Source of the DNA: a virus
Taxonomy: Duplodnaviria; Caudoviricetes
Strand: one strand, 5' to 3'
IMG/VR virus record: IMGVR_UViG_3300044267_002764
Span: 1-25,948 of that record
Length of the DNA: 25,948 nucleotides
Shown: positions 23,977 to 25,948 of the stretch, in pieces
How positions within the stretch are numbered: the first letter of the stretch is position 1
How the letters are laid out: every line of letters starts with the position of its first letter
Position numbers and translations under genes: made by a program
Notes under the pieces: model-generated
Told to the model about the DNA's origin: nothing
Database searches by the model: none
The model's input: the letters and a program-made list of their open reading frames with translations, nothing else

Positions 23977-24263
23977 CAGTCACAATCCGCATTTGTCGCA
24001 GAGCAAATCTTCGCTTGGTTGATAGCCTGCTGTTGTTGGACCTCAAGCATCTTGGCCATCAGGTCTTCCATCTTATCAAGGCGCTTTTCTACGCCCTCGA
24101 TTTTAATGTCTACAATCTCTTGCTTGCCCGATTTAGACTCAAGCTCTGTGACGCGCTTATCTAGATCGTCTGTATCTTTTGCGGCAGACTCTAGAGACGC
24201 GAACGAGATACCAGCAGCGAAAACTATCGTCATTCCAGGAACGATCCAATCTTTAACGTTCAT
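23976..24263 (-). CDS. TM plus coiled-coil protein (lysis module)
   Basis: N-terminal hydrophobic helix followed by heptads. Confidence 0.7.
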   Translation of the reverse strand: MNVKDWIVPGMTIVFAAGISFASLESAAKDTDDLDKRVTELESKSGKQEIVDIKIEGVEKRLDKMEDLMAKMLEVQQQQAINQAKICSATNADCD

Positions 24264-24706
24264 TTTCCTGCCCCCGATGTGTAGTAGTAAGTAGTCCCTA
24301 ACCCGGCAGTGACAATGCCGACTACGACTATCGTCTCCATTCTACCAAGCCAGCGCTGAGTTGCGGGTCTTTCCACCCATGGTTTTGGCTTTAACTCGTT
24401 ATCAAGCTTCTCTTTGTACCAATCTCGTTCCATCTCCAGAGCGGCAGTCCTTATCTTGTACTGTTGCGCTACAGCCGTTCCCCACTCTTCGGTCTGAAGT
24501 AAATCTGAGAACTGAGAAAGAGGCACAGCCACTGCTGAACAAACTGCATTTCCAGACGGAGAAAAAACTGAAGGTGGCAGCGGCTGGCCCCTATTTATTG
24601 GATAAACCTTTGAGCACTCTCCGTCCACTGCTTTTGGAGCCTCAGGTCGTTTAATTGGATCAGATGCCCATGCCGTGCCAAGGAAAAGGAGGGCCTTGAT
24701 CATCAT
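24260..24706 (-). CDS. Signal peptide plus C-terminal TM protein (spanin-like topology)
   Basis: MIKALLFLGTAWA-S signal; IVVVGIVTAGLG TM; two Cys. Confidence 0.6.
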   Translation of the reverse strand: MMIKALLFLGTAWASDPIKRPEAPKAVDGECSKVYPINRGQPLPPSVFSPSGNAVCSAVAVPLSQFSDLLQTEEWGTAVAQQYKIRTAALEMERDWYKEKLDNELKPKPWVERPATQRWLGRMETIVVVGIVTAGLGTTYYYTSGAGK

Positions 24707-24945
24707 CGTCTCCGTGCATTGCCAAGATCAGCAAGATCATCAGCAGGAGAATCACCTGTAGTTGCAGATTTGATTCGATCTACTTGCTCTTCAAAGCTCT
24801 CCTGAACAGCACCCTCAGCAACGTCCGCCGCTTTGTTCTCCGGTGGCTCAGGCTTTTCTTTCTTTGGCTTTGATAGCCTCTTTCCTGCCAAGATCGCAAA
24901 GATTGCAGCAAACACAGACAGCACTATTGCGATTGCCTTCTTCAT
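24703..24945 (-). CDS. N-terminal TM protein (i-spanin-like topology, 80 aa)
   Basis: MKKAIAIVLSVFAAIFAILAG; ATGA overlaps at both ends. Confidence 0.6.
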   Translation of the reverse strand: MKKAIAIVLSVFAAIFAILAGKRLSKPKKEKPEPPENKAADVAEGAVQESFEEQVDRIKSATTGDSPADDLADLGNARRR

Positions 24946-25334
24946 GAGCAAACCAGCTTAACTACAACGCTATTCGTTGGCGCAGTAACTGTTCCAACCG
25001 TTGCACTTGTTGTCCCCCAAAAAGAAACCCCAGCAGAATAAGCAAACCCACCAGGTATGGCGTAAGAAACGTTTTGACGGGCCGGGCAGTACAGCATCAA
25101 GTTTGGCGTTCCCGCTCCATTTGCAGCGGAAGTGCTTGGAGTTGCACTAGCGTTATCGCGAATCTTCAAAAAGAAAGAAGTGCTGTTTGGGTTGTCGATT
25201 TCAACAAGGTAAATTGACCCGCTTGTCGCAGCAGTTGCGTTGTTGTTTACAGTTTGATCATTTGACCCCACAGCAAGGTCAACAACGAGCTTTCCACCCA
25301 ACGCAGAGATTGTCGATATTGTTGTAGAAGCCAT
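24942..25334 (-). CDS. Beta-rich putative virion protein, paralog type B
   Basis: IYLVEIDNPNS...YCP...G.AY..GVSFW...APTNSVVVKLVCS. Confidence 0.75.
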   Translation of the reverse strand: MASTTISTISALGGKLVVDLAVGSNDQTVNNNATAATSGSIYLVEIDNPNSTSFFLKIRDNASATPSTSAANGAGTPNLMLYCPARQNVSYAIPGGFAYSAGVSFWGTTSATVGTVTAPTNSVVVKLVCS

Positions 25335-25340
25335 GGTGCC

Positions 25341-25703
25341 TCAACTGCAAACAAGGGTAACGGCAACAGTGTTGCCTGATGGCGCGGTTGAGTCCAGCGG
25401 GTTTTGGTTCAGGGTGCAGGCAAAGCTAAGCGATGTAAACTCAAGACCGTTTGGTATCTCGTAAAAAGTAGTGGCGCTGCCAGCAACAGGAAGAACAAGT
25501 ACCGGGGTCGTGCTCCCGAGAGTTGCGCCAGCAGAGCCAAAGATCTTTGCGTACGCAACACTTGATGAACCATTCACTAGACGCACAGAAAACAGCTTTC
25601 CTTCCGTCGTGGTGACGTTGGAATTCAAGCTGTTTGTTGAAGCAGTTTCATGAATGACCTTGTAGTCAAGGGCATCATCAAATCCGGTAGCGCTCAAGCT
25701 CAT
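25341..25703 (-). CDS. Beta-rich putative virion protein, paralog type A
   Basis: KVIHETAS...GKLFSVRLVN...PNGLEF..LSF...APSGNTVAVTLVCS. Confidence 0.75.
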   Translation of the reverse strand: MSLSATGFDDALDYKVIHETASTNSLNSNVTTTEGKLFSVRLVNGSSSVAYAKIFGSAGATLGSTTPVLVLPVAGSATTFYEIPNGLEFTSLSFACTLNQNPLDSTAPSGNTVAVTLVCS

Positions 25704-25948
25704 TTCTTCTGCTGCCCTCCAGCCTTATATTGAAGAGGGTCTGGCTCTTCTGGAGTTGTGGTTTTTCTCAGAAGGTATTTTTGCAACTCTGCGTCCATTG
25801 CAGCCTCTTCTGCGGCTTTAGCCTCGATAGCAGCCGCAGCATCCTGCATCATCTTAAGCAGCTTCTGCTGTTTGGTTAGCGGGGCCGTCACAGCCCCCGC
25901 AGCAGGCGTTACAGGGGCCGTCACAGCCCCAGGATAGGGCGCTCCCCT
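25700..25948 (-). CDS. 3' end of an Ala/Pro-rich hypothetical protein, truncated by the window edge
   Basis: Frame is open to the window edge (RGAPYPGAVTAPVTPAAGAVTAPL...); 17-nt direct repeat at 25881-25897 and 25914-25930. Confidence 0.6.
   Translation of the reverse strand, partial: RGAPYPGAVTAPVTPAAGAVTAPLTKQQKLLKMMQDAAAAIEAKAAEEAAMDAELQKYLLRKTTTPEEPDPLQYKAGGQQKK

Noticed and set aside
24549-24564. TTTCCAGACGGAGAAA matches the early leader
   Set aside because: It lies antisense inside a coding gene with no promoter or ORF context; probably chance.
25933-25942. GCGCCCTATC on the minus strand resembles the first motif box
   Set aside because: The second box is absent and the match lies inside an open reading frame; a 10-nt match can be chance.

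Overview
A 26-kb fragment of a tailed dsDNA bacteriophage genome with no host housekeeping genes; the host cannot be identified from the sequence. (i) 1-3290 is an early-type region built from repeated units: gene, UUCG hairpin, a bipartite GCCCTATCAC-N13-CACGCGCGCGC motif, a sigma70-type promoter and a structured leader. (ii) 3915-4125 is a probable iteron-type replication origin. (iii) 4276-11706 holds small accessory genes, including a DUF2786-like protein, a C5-methyltransferase-like protein, a SAM-MTase/HTH fusion and an apparent ATPase-less paralog of the phage's own VapE/VirE helicase. (iv) 11808-23014 holds replication, recombination and regulation genes (SF2 helicase, NrdR-like Zn ribbon, SSB, TOPRIM primase, VapE/VirE helicase, YqaJ exonuclease, RecT, HTH regulators), a tRNA-Asn and two tRNA-like RNAs with greatly expanded anticodon arms. 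(v) A minus-strand late region has a lysis module and paralogous beta-rich proteins. The best novelty candidates are the cassette-like early array, the expanded tRNA-like RNAs, the motor-less helicase paralog and a three-copy RNA hairpin with a compensatory base pair. All family assignments come from motif recognition by eye, not database searches.
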